In this document: in pieces, positions 52,288-62,582 of the stretch
Layout of the letters: the number at the start of each line of letters is the position of its first letter
How positions within the stretch are numbered: the first letter of the stretch is position 1
DNA from: Lachnospiraceae bacterium
GTDB lineage: Bacteria > Bacillota > Clostridia > Lachnospirales > Lachnospiraceae
DNA length: 64,000 bases
Assembly: GCA_015057555.1 (NCBI GenBank)
Contig: SVEC01000006.1
Location: 52,277-116,276, forward strand
Direction of reading: 5' to 3'
The notes under the pieces: model-generated
Database searches by the model: none
Seen by the model: the letters and a program-made list of their open reading frames with translations, nothing else
What the model was told of the DNA's origin: nothing
Translations under genes and position numbers: made by a program

Positions 52288-53958
52288 TTAGAATAATCCA
52301 TTAATTACACCATCATCATCTACAAATATTCTTTCTGCAGCCGGAACCTTAGGAAGTCCTGGCATAGTCATAATTGCACCAGTAATAGCTACAACAAAGC
52401 CTGCTCCTGCACTTACATATACCTCTCTAATATTTACAGTAAAGCCTTCTGGTCTACCTAGAAGCTTTGCATCATCCGAAAGTGAATACTGGTTCTTTGC
52501 CATACATACCGGCATATTACCCATACCCATAGCTTCTATCTTAGCAATAGCATTTGACGCTTCTGAAGAATAAGTTACATCCTTTGCACCATAAATCTCA
52601 GTTGCTATAGTGCTAATTTTATCCTTTATAGATAGGTCATCTTCATATAACACCTTGAATTTACTTTCCTTAGTCTCTAGTGTATTAAGTACTGCATTTG
52701 CAAGGTCTATACCACCTTCTCCGCCCTTTTCCCAAACATTAGCAAGAGCAAAGTCACAATTTCTCTCCTTACAGAATTTTTCAACAAAGTCTAGCTCTGC
52801 TTGAGAGTCAGTAATAAATCTGTTAAGGGTTACAACTACTGGAACACCATACATCTGGAGATTCTCAATATGCTTCTCAAGGTTAACAATACCCTTAGCA
52901 AGAGCATCTAAATTCTCATTGTTAAGTTCATTCTTTAGAACACCTCCGTTATACTTAAGAGCTCTAACTGTTGCAACAAGAACAACTGCATCAGGCTTAA
53001 GACCAGCCATACGACATTTTATATCAAAAAACTTCTGCGCACCAAGGTCTGCACCAAAGCCTGCCTCTGTAATAACATAATCAGCTATCTTAAGAGCTGT
53101 CTTTGTAGCCCTAACAGAGTTACAACCATGGGCAATATTTGCAAAAGGTCCGCCATGAACTATAGCTGGTGAATGCTCTAATGTCTGAATAAGGTTAGGC
53201 TTTATTGCATCCTTTAAAAGTGCTGTCATAGAACCCACACAATTTAATTCACCTGCAGTAACAGGCTCATTGTCATAATTATAAGCTACAATTATTCTTG
53301 AAAGTCTATTCTGCAAATCTTTAATATCCTCTGCAAGACATAAAATAGCCATAATCTCAGAAGCTACTGTAATTACAAATCCATCCTGACGAACTACACC
53401 ATCAGCTTTTTTACCCATACCAACAATTATACTTCTAAGAGCTCTATCATTCATATCAAGACATCTCTTAAATACAATTCTTTTAGGGTCGATTCTAAGA
53501 GCATTTCCTTGATGTATATGATTATCCATAACAGCTGCTAAAAGATTATTTGCAGAGGTAATAGCATGGAAATCACCTGTGAAGTGAAGATTCAAATCTT
53601 CCATAGGTACAACCTGTGAATTACCACCACCTGCAGCTCCACCCTTAACACCAAAGCATGGACCAAGTGACGGCTCTCTAAGTGCAATAATTGACTTTTT
53701 TCCAAGCTTATGCATAGCCTGACCAAGTCCTACAGTAACAGTTGTCTTACCTTCACCAGCAGGTGTAGGATTTATAGCTGTAACAAGAATAAGCTTTCCA
53801 TCATTGTTATCCTTTACAGAATTCATATACTCGTCTGAAAGCTTTGCCTTGTACTTACCGTACATCTCAAGGTCATCTTCTCTGATTCCAATAGATGCTG
53901 CAACATCCTTAATGTTATAAAGCTCTGCCTGCTGTGCAATTTCGATATCTGTCAACAT
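52288..53958 (-). CDS. fhs: formate-tetrahydrofolate ligase
   Basis: [53 protein letters not shown]. Confidence 0.98.
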   Translation of the reverse strand: MLTDIEIAQQAELYNIKDVAASIGIREDDLEMYGKYKAKLSDEYMNSVKDNNDGKLILVTAINPTPAGEGKTTVTVGLGQAMHKLGKKSIIALREPSLGPCFGVKGGAAGGGNSQVVPMEDLNLHFTGDFHAITSANNLLAAVMDNHIHQGNALRIDPKRIVFKRCLDMNDRALRSIIVGMGKKADGVVRQDGFVITVASEIMAILCLAEDIKDLQNRLSRIIVAYNYDNEPVTAGELNCVGSMTALLKDAIKPNLIQTLEHSPAIVHGGPFANIAHGCNSVRATKTALKIADYVITEAGFGADLGAQKFFDIKCRMAGLKPDAVVLVATVRALKYNGGVLKNELNNENLDALAKGIVNLEKHIENLQMYGVPVVVTLNRFITDSQAELDFVEKFCKERNCDFALANVWEKGGEGGIDLANAVLNTLETKESKFKVLYEDDLSIKDKISTIATEIYGAKDVTYSSEASNAIAKIEAMGMGNMPVCMAKNQYSLSDDAKLLGRPEGFTVNIREVYVSAGAGFVVAITGAIMTMPGLPKVPAAERIFVDDDGVINGLF

Positions 53959-53987
53959 ATCTTAAACTCCTATTCTCTTAAATTAAT

Positions 53988-56678
53988 TTATAAATTATTC
54001 TCCACGTAATTTTCGAACTCTTCTAAGGTCATAAGAACCTTTCTAGGCTTTGTTCCCTCCTCAGGTCCAACAACACCCACTTCAGAAAGCTGATCCATAA
54101 TTCTGGCAGCTCTGTTGAAGCCAATCTTATAAACTCTCTGAAGCATTCCTATGGATGCCTTATCTTTGCCTATGATGAACTTACCTGCATCTACAAAATA
54201 CTCATCCACATCAGGTTCAGCACTAGACGCACCTACAGAACCGCCAGTGCCTGTACTAGCTATCTCCTGACTTATCTTATCATCATAAGAGGTTTCACCA
54301 TTCTTGGACTTAAGGAATTCAACAACATTTGCAATCTCCTCATCTGAAAGAAATGCTCCCTGTACTCTAACAGGTTTTGGATAACCTGTTGGATAAAACA
54401 ACATATCTCCCTTTCCAAGTAGCTTTTCTGCTCCATTCATATCAAGAATTGTTCTTGAATCAACACCTGATGAAACTGTCATTGCAATACGTGATGGAAC
54501 ATTTGCCTTAATAAGACCAGTGATAACATCTACTGAAGGTCTCTGAGTTGCAATTACAAGATGAATTCCTGCTGCTCTTGCAAGCTGTGAAAGTCTAACA
54601 ATTGCATCCTCAACCTCATGATGAGCAACCATCATAAGGTCTGCAAGCTCATCTACAATAAGAATAATTTGTGGAAGCTTCTTTAGCTCCTCATTACCCT
54701 CCTCAAGACCTGTAACAGCCTTAACCTTATCATTATATCCCTGAAGGTTACGTACATTATACTGAGCAAATAACTGATATCTATTTGTCATCTCCATAAC
54801 AGCCCAGTTAAGTGCACCAGCAGCCTTTTTAGGATCAGTAACTACAGGAATCAGCATATGAGGAATTCCATTATAGATACTTAATTCAACCTGCTTAGGA
54901 TCTATCATAATAAGCTTTACATCATCTGGCTTAGCCTTATATATAATACTCATAATAAGAGTGTTGATACAAACTGACTTACCGGAGCCTGTAGCACCAG
55001 CAACAAGAAGATGAGGCATCTTGGCAATATCTGCAACCACAACCTGACCACTAATATCTTTTCCTACAGCAAATGCAATATTTGAGTTGAAATTCTTAAA
55101 GTTTTCTGACTCCAGCAAGTCTCTGAAGTACACCGACGCACTTTCCTTATTTGGAACCTCTATACCGATGGCAGCCTTACCAGGTATAGGTGCTTCAATT
55201 CTAATATCTGCAGCCGCAAGATTAAGCTTAATATCATCAGCGAGACTAACTATCTTGTTAACCTTAACACCCTGCTCAGGCTGTAACTCATATCTTGTAA
55301 CAGAAGGACCACAGCTGTAATCAGTAACAGTAACATTTACACCGAAGCTTTCTAATGTACTCTTAAGCTTCATAGCTGTTTCGCGTACTGAAGCCTCGTT
55401 ATTAGCAGTCTTTCCTTTCGCAGATTTAAGAAGTGATATAGGTGGAAATACATAATCCTTTTTAATAACATCTGTTGCACTCGTTGGATTTGTAATATTT
55501 GATGATATTGATGTATTACCAGCATTATTAGCATTCATAGAGGTCGCACTTACTGAATTAATATCCTCTGCAACTTTAACAGTTTCCTCCATAACTTCTG
55601 CCTGAGATTCCTTTGTCTTTCTAGGCCTTCTCTTAGACTCAATATTAACAGAGTCACCTATTCCACTACCAAAATCATCCTCATATATAACTTCTGGTAT
55701 ATCCTCAAAGGAAGGTGCTAGCTCTGTAACCGGCTTATTAAAGAAATCTGTTCTAACTCCACTAACATCTATAGGGGAATCACTTCTAATTGCATCACCT
55801 AATGTAAAATCATTTGTAGCTTTAAGAGGCTTTAATTCATGAACCTCTTCTGCAGGTACAATCTTATTTTTAGACTTCTTACTTTTGGACTTCTTATTAT
55901 CCTGTGTATTTAATACTTTAACATTTCCAAGAATATCATCCTTTTTTAGACTTCTTATCTCCTCACCAGATAATCTTGCTAAATCCTTATCAATGTAATC
56001 CTCATCATCCTCATCTTCATCATCATAGGAAGTCATTTTAGATTTAAAAGAATCTATGATTGATACATCCATAACAATAATTATACCTATAATAATCAAA
56101 AGAATTGTAACTATAACACAACCAGTAAAACCAATGAGCTTATTTAAAACAACTATTAGTCCACCAAGTAATACTCCACCACCCTGCTTATTGATGGAAC
56201 CATTTTTATATAAGGTCTTAACAGTTTCACCCTCTGGTCCAACTATAAGCTGACATATAAAGGCAAGTGCAATTATAAATATCGCTGCACATAACACCCT
56301 TTTTATAACTCTCCTATGAGCTCCATTGGAGAAAAGAAATGCTGCTGATAAAAATATGTACAATGGTAAAATATATGATACTGTTCCTACTAAACCGAAC
56401 ATTATCTTTGAAATAAAATTACCAACAACACCACACCAACCAAAATTACTACAAATAAGGAATATAGAAACAGCTAAATATATAAATACATAAATTTCAT
56501 TACGTCTAGATGGTCCATCATCCTCAGCTAAAGCCTCTCTGGCAGCAGCCTTACGCTCCTTTGTATATTGATTGTTAGCAGTATTTTTGCCCTTAGGGCT
56601 AGAGTTTTTGTTTGAACTAGAACTTTTAGAATTACCAGATCTACTCCTATTACTAACGGATTTATTATTTGCCGCCAT
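53988..56678 (-). CDS. ftsK: DNA translocase FtsK/SpoIIIE
   Basis: N-terminal TM helices, PHLLVAGATGSGKS, VDELADLM, ATQRPSVDVITG, gamma domain IGFNRAARI. Confidence 0.97.
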   Translation of the reverse strand: MAANNKSVSNRSRSGNSKSSSSNKNSSPKGKNTANNQYTKERKAAAREALAEDDGPSRRNEIYVFIYLAVSIFLICSNFGWCGVVGNFISKIMFGLVGTVSYILPLYIFLSAAFLFSNGAHRRVIKRVLCAAIFIIALAFICQLIVGPEGETVKTLYKNGSINKQGGGVLLGGLIVVLNKLIGFTGCVIVTILLIIIGIIIVMDVSIIDSFKSKMTSYDDEDEDDEDYIDKDLARLSGEEIRSLKKDDILGNVKVLNTQDNKKSKSKKSKNKIVPAEEVHELKPLKATNDFTLGDAIRSDSPIDVSGVRTDFFNKPVTELAPSFEDIPEVIYEDDFGSGIGDSVNIESKRRPRKTKESQAEVMEETVKVAEDINSVSATSMNANNAGNTSISSNITNPTSATDVIKKDYVFPPISLLKSAKGKTANNEASVRETAMKLKSTLESFGVNVTVTDYSCGPSVTRYELQPEQGVKVNKIVSLADDIKLNLAAADIRIEAPIPGKAAIGIEVPNKESASVYFRDLLESENFKNFNSNIAFAVGKDISGQVVVADIAKMPHLLVAGATGSGKSVCINTLIMSIIYKAKPDDVKLIMIDPKQVELSIYNGIPHMLIPVVTDPKKAAGALNWAVMEMTNRYQLFAQYNVRNLQGYNDKVKAVTGLEEGNEELKKLPQIILIVDELADLMMVAHHEVEDAIVRLSQLARAAGIHLVIATQRPSVDVITGLIKANVPSRIAMTVSSGVDSRTILDMNGAEKLLGKGDMLFYPTGYPKPVRVQGAFLSDEEIANVVEFLKSKNGETSYDDKISQEIASTGTGGSVGASSAEPDVDEYFVDAGKFIIGKDKASIGMLQRVYKIGFNRAARIMDQLSEVGVVGPEEGTKPRKVLMTLEEFENYVENNL

Positions 56679-56751
56679 AAACTGCCTCCTTTAACATATG
56701 TAAACTTTGCGTTTTTAATAAATACGCAAAGTACTCCCATTTTTTCTCATA

Positions 56752-57483
56752 CTAAGATATTTTACTATTTTTCCTTAGATTAATCAAGTCATATAACTGA
56801 TTTAAAGCCTCTTTAATTCCACCTACTTTATCTATTAAACCTAATTTTACAGCCTGTTCCCCAACAAGTATTGAACCTATATCTTTTGTAAGCTCTTTTG
56901 TATTAAACATTAATTCCTTTAGACTTAATTTATCAACGTTTGAATGAGCTACTGTAAAATCTAATATTCTATCCTGTAATTTCTCAATATATTCAAAGTT
57001 TTGTTTAACACCAAGCACCATTCCTCCTACTCTAATTGGATGAACAATCATAGTAGCAGTTTGAGCAATAAAGGTTACATCACCGGAAACAGCAAGAGGT
57101 ACACCGATAGAATGACCACCACCTAATACCAAGCAAACCTTGGGTTTACTAATAGATGAAATCATTTCCGCTATTGCAAGACCAGATTCTACATCACCAC
57201 CGACAGTATTTAATAAAACCAACAAACCATCTATACTCTTATTTTCTTCAACTGCTGCAAGCATAGGTATAATATGTTCATACTTACTTGTTTTAGTCAT
57301 AGGTGATAAATTTTCATGACCTTCAATTTCTCCAATAATATTAAGCACGTGTATTTTATAACCTCTTTCATTATTATTTAATAAAATTTGCCCAAAATCC
57401 TTAATAATACCTGAATCCACATTGCTATCATTAGAGGAAATCTTATCATCTTCCTTATTTACAATATTATTTTTAAAACTCAT
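56752..57483 (-). CDS. tepA: TepA, ClpP-like sporulation protein
   Basis: IIGEIEGH, KYEHIIP, LNTVGGDVESGLAIAE, LVLGGGHSIGVPLAVS; upstream of spoIIIE/ftsK as in Bacillus. Confidence 0.9.
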   Translation of the reverse strand: MSFKNNIVNKEDDKISSNDSNVDSGIIKDFGQILLNNNERGYKIHVLNIIGEIEGHENLSPMTKTSKYEHIIPMLAAVEENKSIDGLLVLLNTVGGDVESGLAIAEMISSISKPKVCLVLGGGHSIGVPLAVSGDVTFIAQTATMIVHPIRVGGMVLGVKQNFEYIEKLQDRILDFTVAHSNVDKLSLKELMFNTKELTKDIGSILVGEQAVKLGLIDKVGGIKEALNQLYDLINLRKNSKIS

Positions 57484-57550
57484 AATATCCTCCTTATTAT
57501 CTTATATAATAATTAGAATTTCCAAGAAATTAATAATATATGTAAACAAA

Positions 57551-57603
57551 AAATAAGGAGACTAAAAGCTTTCTTACCCAAAGCTAATAATCTCCTTATT
57601 CTT
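57551..57603 (-). terminator. terminator-like hairpin upstream of tepA
   Basis: AATAAGGAGA...AGCTTT..AAAGCT...TCTCCTTATT with TTTTTTGTTT tail on minus strand. Confidence 0.65.
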
Positions 57604-57672
57604 AAATATGAAAAATCACCCCAAACGAAAATCTTTTTGACACCAAACTCAATCAGATTTACTAAATAAAAT

Positions 57673-57725
57673 ATATCAAAAACAGGTAACCTTTTGTAGC
57701 CACTAAAAGTTACCTGTTTTGATAT
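57673..57725 (-). terminator. intrinsic terminator after the GH94 gene
   Basis: ATATCAAAAACAGGTAAC...GTTACCTGTTTTGATAT long inverted repeat. Confidence 0.8.
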
Positions 57726-57758
57726 TATACGATAGAAATAAATTACTATAATTTGAAA

Positions 57759-60161
57759 TTACATAGTTAATACAATCTCATTAACCTCTACAAGTTCAGA
57801 AGCCTTGATGTAGTTTGTATCCATAGTTTTACCATTTACAGTAAGGCTTGTGAATCCAGACTGTGCACCATTTGGATTAAGAACTTTGATATTAAGCTTC
57901 TTACCTCTAAAGTCCTTAGCAATACTAAACTCCTTCCAATCACTTGGAATAGATGGAGCAATCTTGATTCCATCAAAGTCTGGTCTCATACCAAGGATAC
58001 CCTCAACACAACCTACCATAACAGTTGATGCTGTACCTGTAAGCCAATGTACGTGTGAACGTCCTTCAAATGGTGACTCTGAGCTCTCTGTAAACTGACC
58101 ATGACAATATGGTTCAAGCTTACGAATCTCTGCCTTATCATTCATAGAAGCTGGTGAGCTGTTTGTAAAGTACTCAAAGGCTCTATTACCGTGACCCATA
58201 AGTGCCTCAGCAAGAATAATCCAACCTTGAGGCTGTGAGAAAATACCACCATTTTCTTTAGTAGATGGGTTAAAGAGAAGCATCAATGCTCCCTCAAAAG
58301 CATGATCTACATAAGATGGAGCCATTACTCTAACTCCATAAGGAGTGCTAAGCTCTCTGTGTACTGATTCAAGGGCAAGCTCTGCCTGTTCCTTTGAAGC
58401 AAGACCACTGATAACTGCCCATGATTGTGGGTTAAGCCACATATTTGCCTCTGGGTCCTTCTTAGAACCGATAATCATACCGTCTTCCTTATAACCTCTG
58501 ATATATCTGTCCTCCTCCCAGCACTTAGACTGGATAGTGTCTCCTAATTCCTTCTGAATCTTATCAAGATATGCAATATACTCTGTATCCTTCTTCATCT
58601 CTGAAAACATGCGAAGAACTGTCATAGCATAATAAAGCTGCATAGCAACAAAGGTTGACTCACCTTTCTTTCCAAGCCTTAAACAATCATTCCAGTCTGC
58701 ATGAAGACCAGCTGGCATATTATTGTTTCCAAGACGATTCATAGAGAAATCAATTGCTCTCTTAAGGTGCTCATAAACAGTACCCTCTCCGCCATTAGCA
58801 AAAACAATAACCTCATCGATAAAGTTTACATTACCAGATTCTGCTATATACTTATAAACTGTTGGGAATAACCATAAGGCATCATCTGCTCTATATGCTG
58901 GATGTCCAGTAGCCTGAACATATGAAGCATCATCTGGTGTATCCTCAAAACCAGCATTATGGTCAAATTTTACAAGTGGAAGTCCACCACCATTATCAAC
59001 CTGAGCTGATAACATAAAGCGAATCTTATCAAGAGCCATCTCAGGTTCAAGATGAATAATACCCTGAATATCCTGAACAGTATCTCTATAACCGTAACCA
59101 TTTCTAAGTCCGCAGTATGAGAAGGAAGCAGCTCTTGACCAAATAAAGGTCATGAAGCACTGATAAGCATTCCATGTATTAATCATTGCATTAAAGCTCT
59201 CACTTGGTGTATTAACCTGAAGATGTGAAAGCTTACCATGCCAATTATCAATTAATTCCTTAAGCTCTGCTGCAGTCTGTGCAGATACATCTTTATAAGA
59301 ATTCATAACAGACTCTGTCTCTACATCATCCTTCATTCCTAGAACGAAAGCAAGCTCCTTGCTCTCTCCTGGTGCAAGTGTAAGCTTAGTCTCTAAAGCA
59401 CCACAAGCATTTGCATTATAGTTAAGCTTATTACCACAGTTACCATTTACTACTCCTACCGGATTAGCATATGAATGATATCTTCCTATAAACTCTTCCT
59501 TATCGCCACAATAACTTGCAACTTCAGCTCCTGCAAGGCCAAAGAATCTGTTTAAAACAACGCTACCATTGATAGCATCACCCTTATTAACATTCTCATT
59601 AATAACCTGCTTAATTCTATTATTCACAAAATATGTCTTAGTTATAAACAATGTATACTGAAGATTAACCTGATCCTGCTCATAATTGTTATCATTAGTA
59701 AATTCACAATAACCAAACACAGAGAGATTTCTAGGCTTATCAGAATTATTTGTAACCTTAACCTTCCAAACCTCATGTGTTTTGTCTAATGGTACATAAT
59801 ATAAGGCTTCGGAATCAATTCCATCATAAGAAGCCTTAATATTTGTGTAACCTGTACCATGGTGACATTCACTCTTATATACTGATATATCTTTTCCAAC
59901 AGGTTGCCAAGAAGCAGACCAAAAATCATTATTATCATTATCTCTCAAGTAAATATATCTTCCTGGCTGATCGAAATTATTGAATACATATCTAAGTATT
60001 CTACCATTAGCTCCAGATTTAACGAAGCTATAACCTCCGGCGTTATTAGAAATAATTGCACCATACTCTGGTGAACCTAAATAATTTGCCCATGGGGCTG
60101 GTGTATCTGGTCTATCTATAACATATTCCTTGTTAATTTCATCAAAATAACCAAATCGCAT
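57759..60161 (-). CDS. GH94 glycoside phosphorylase (cellodextrin phosphorylase-like; chitobiose phosphorylase also possible)
   Basis: GYFD...EYVI.RPDTPAPWANYLGS, GYGYRDTVQD, ADWNDCL catalytic Asp, KENGGIFSQ, WLTGTAS. Confidence 0.9.
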   Translation of the reverse strand: MRFGYFDEINKEYVIDRPDTPAPWANYLGSPEYGAIISNNAGGYSFVKSGANGRILRYVFNNFDQPGRYIYLRDNDNNDFWSASWQPVGKDISVYKSECHHGTGYTNIKASYDGIDSEALYYVPLDKTHEVWKVKVTNNSDKPRNLSVFGYCEFTNDNNYEQDQVNLQYTLFITKTYFVNNRIKQVINENVNKGDAINGSVVLNRFFGLAGAEVASYCGDKEEFIGRYHSYANPVGVVNGNCGNKLNYNANACGALETKLTLAPGESKELAFVLGMKDDVETESVMNSYKDVSAQTAAELKELIDNWHGKLSHLQVNTPSESFNAMINTWNAYQCFMTFIWSRAASFSYCGLRNGYGYRDTVQDIQGIIHLEPEMALDKIRFMLSAQVDNGGGLPLVKFDHNAGFEDTPDDASYVQATGHPAYRADDALWLFPTVYKYIAESGNVNFIDEVIVFANGGEGTVYEHLKRAIDFSMNRLGNNNMPAGLHADWNDCLRLGKKGESTFVAMQLYYAMTVLRMFSEMKKDTEYIAYLDKIQKELGDTIQSKCWEEDRYIRGYKEDGMIIGSKKDPEANMWLNPQSWAVISGLASKEQAELALESVHRELSTPYGVRVMAPSYVDHAFEGALMLLFNPSTKENGGIFSQPQGWIILAEALMGHGNRAFEYFTNSSPASMNDKAEIRKLEPYCHGQFTESSESPFEGRSHVHWLTGTASTVMVGCVEGILGMRPDFDGIKIAPSIPSDWKEFSIAKDFRGKKLNIKVLNPNGAQSGFTSLTVNGKTMDTNYIKASELVEVNEIVLTM

Positions 60162-60245
60162 GTATTGCCCTCCTAATATGATGTATTCCCCGCTTTAAGC
60201 GGGGATACATGTTCATTTATAAAATTAATATAAAGTGTGCATTAA

Positions 60246-62330
60246 TTACTCTGCATCCTTTAAGCTAAGGCTTACCTTACCCATTCTATCGATTTCAAGA
60301 ACCTTAACTCTAACCTCATCACCTATGTTAACAACATCTTCAACCTTCTCTACTCTATTTGGAGCAAGCTTTGAAATGTGAATGAGTCCGTCTTTGTTTG
60401 GTGCAAGCTCTACAAATGCACCGAAGTTCATTATTCTAACAACTTTACCCTCGTAAGTCTTACCAACCTCAAGTGGATCTACGATTGAACGAATAATCTT
60501 AAGAGCCTTGTCCATACCTGCCTGCTCAACGCCACAAATAGAAACTCTACCCTCATCATCGATATCAATCTTTACACCTGTCTCTTCAATAATTGAGTTA
60601 ATAGTCTTACCTCTCTGACCAATAATCTCTCCAATCTTTTCAGGATCAACCACAGTCTGGATAATCTTTGGTGCAAACTCACCAACTGTTGGTCTTGGCT
60701 CAGCGATAGCTGGCTTCATACAGGTATCCATAATGAACATTCTTGCCTCACGACATCTTGCAATAGCACCCTCCACAATAGGTCTTGTAAGACCGTGAAT
60801 CTTAATATCCATCTGAATAGCTGTAATACCTTCAGTAGTACCAGTTACCTTGAAGTCCATATCTCCGAAGAAATCCTCAAGACCCTGGATATCTGTAAGA
60901 AGTACATAATCATCATCAGTATCACCAGTTACAAGACCACATGAGATACCTGCAACCATCTTCTTGATAGGTACACCAGCTGCCATAAGTGCCATACATG
61001 ATGAACATGTTGACGCCATAGATGTTGAACCATTTGACTCAAAGGTCTCTGATACGGAACGAATAGCGTATGGGAACTCCTCCTCAGTAGGAAGTACTGG
61101 AATAAGTGCTCTCTCAGCAAGGGCTCCATGTCCAATCTCTCTACGTCCTGGTCCTCTAGAAGGCTTAGTCTCACCAACTGAATATGATGGGAAGTTGTAA
61201 TGGTGCATATATCTCTTGTTAGTAACAAGCTCATCAAGACCATCTAACTTCTGAGCCTCTGAAAGAGGTGCTAATGTAACAACGTTACAAATCTGAGTCT
61301 GACCTCTAGTGAACATAGCTGAACCATGTACTCTAGGAATAATATCAGTCTCAGCTGCAAGAGTTCTAATCTGAGTCATCTGTCTTCCGTCAGGTCTCTT
61401 ACCATCCTTAAGAATCATCTTACGAACTGTCTTCTTCTGATACTGGTAAACTGCCTCATCAAGAACTGCTAACCAGTCTTCCTTATCAGCAAAAGCTTCC
61501 TCAAGCTTGTCCTTAATCTGTCTAATATTTTCTTCTCTTACCTGCTTCTCGTCTGTAAATACAGCAATCTCCATCTGCTCTGGAGTAACAATTTCCTTAA
61601 TTGCAGCAAAAAGCTCCTCTGGAATTGAACAGCTTGTGTACTCGTGCTTAGCCTTACCACACTCAGCAACGATTTCATCTATGAAAGCGATAACCTTCTG
61701 GTTTAATTCGTGTGCTGCGTAAATAGCTTCAATCATCTTAGCCTCAGGTACCTCATTAGCACCAGCCTCAATCATAATAACCTTATCTCTAGTTGAAGCA
61801 ACTGTAAGCTTAAGGTCTGAAACAAGATTCTGAGCTGCATTTGGGTTAAATACAAACTCACCATCAATAAGTCCAACCTGAGTTGTAGCACATGGACCAT
61901 CAAATGGAATATCTGAAATAGCTGTAGCTATAGCTGAACCAAGCATAGCTGTAAGCTCTGGTGAACACTCTGGGTCAACTGCCATAACCATGTTGTTAAG
62001 AGTAACATCATTTCTATAGTCCTTTGGGAAAAGTGGTCTCATAGGACGGTCAATTACTCTTGATGTAAGGATAGCGTTCTCACTAGCCTTACCCTCTCTC
62101 TTATTAAAGCCTCCAGGAATCTTACCTACTGCATAAAGCTTCTCCTCATACTCAACTGAAAGTGGGAAGAAATCAATACCCTCTCTAGGCTTCTCTGAAG
62201 CTGTAGCTGTTGATAATACAACTGTGTCTCCGTAGTGCATAAGCGCTGCACCATTTGCCTGCTTTGCAACTCTACCTACATCAACTCTAAGAGTTCTGCC
62301 AGCAAGCTCCATCTCAAACTTCTTGTACAT
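60246..62330 (-). CDS. pnp: polyribonucleotide nucleotidyltransferase
   Basis: DFFPLSV, SRVIDRPMRPLF, RREIGHG, SNGSTSMAS, DMDFKV, KH and S1 domains; start 62330 after AAGGAG. Confidence 0.98.
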   Translation of the reverse strand: MYKKFEMELAGRTLRVDVGRVAKQANGAALMHYGDTVVLSTATASEKPREGIDFFPLSVEYEEKLYAVGKIPGGFNKREGKASENAILTSRVIDRPMRPLFPKDYRNDVTLNNMVMAVDPECSPELTAMLGSAIATAISDIPFDGPCATTQVGLIDGEFVFNPNAAQNLVSDLKLTVASTRDKVIMIEAGANEVPEAKMIEAIYAAHELNQKVIAFIDEIVAECGKAKHEYTSCSIPEELFAAIKEIVTPEQMEIAVFTDEKQVREENIRQIKDKLEEAFADKEDWLAVLDEAVYQYQKKTVRKMILKDGKRPDGRQMTQIRTLAAETDIIPRVHGSAMFTRGQTQICNVVTLAPLSEAQKLDGLDELVTNKRYMHHYNFPSYSVGETKPSRGPGRREIGHGALAERALIPVLPTEEEFPYAIRSVSETFESNGSTSMASTCSSCMALMAAGVPIKKMVAGISCGLVTGDTDDDYVLLTDIQGLEDFFGDMDFKVTGTTEGITAIQMDIKIHGLTRPIVEGAIARCREARMFIMDTCMKPAIAEPRPTVGEFAPKIIQTVVDPEKIGEIIGQRGKTINSIIEETGVKIDIDDEGRVSICGVEQAGMDKALKIIRSIVDPLEVGKTYEGKVVRIMNFGAFVELAPNKDGLIHISKLAPNRVEKVEDVVNIGDEVRVKVLEIDRMGKVSLSLKDAE

Positions 62331-62359
62331 ATTTTTATCTCCTTTAAAAATATTTTTTT

Positions 62360-62453
62360 CATTAAGACGCCGAAACAACTGAAAATAGCACTTTTTGTGT
62401 TTATTAACCCTCCTAAAAATACCATTTTCAGTAGTCTCGGTTGGGTCTTAATG
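62360..62453 (-). promoter_or_regulatory. long interrupted hairpin in the pnp 5' leader
   Basis: Nested arms CATTAAGAC/GTCTTAATG, CCGA/TCGG, ACTGAAAAT/ATTTTCAGT. Confidence 0.7.
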
Positions 62454-62464
62454 CAATCTGTATA

Positions 62465-62493
62465 ATTATAACATTAAAACCTAGGTTCTTCAA
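62465..62493 (-). promoter_or_regulatory. sigmaA-type promoter for pnp
   Basis: TTGAAG-N17-TATAAT with TGn. Confidence 0.7.
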
Positions 62494-62495
62494 GC

Positions 62496-62560
62496 AAAAA
62501 ATCAGGGTATTAAGCCAATATTTTACAATATTTTTTGTGGCATAATTCCCTGATTTAAAA
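62496..62560 (-). terminator. terminator after recG
   Basis: AAATCAGGG...GCCA..TGGC...CCCTGATTT with T-run on minus strand. Confidence 0.65.
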
Positions 62561-62582
62561 TTTGTTTTATTGTAGAAAATTT

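Noticed and set aside
53959-53987. THF or ZTP riboswitch upstream of fhs-folD
   Set aside because: Only 29 nt separate ftsK and fhs
57513-57547. Forespore sigmaF/G promoter for tepA (ACATA-N15-GGAAATTCTA)
   Set aside because: Plausible but only a partial match in very AT-rich DNA; too weak to list as a feature
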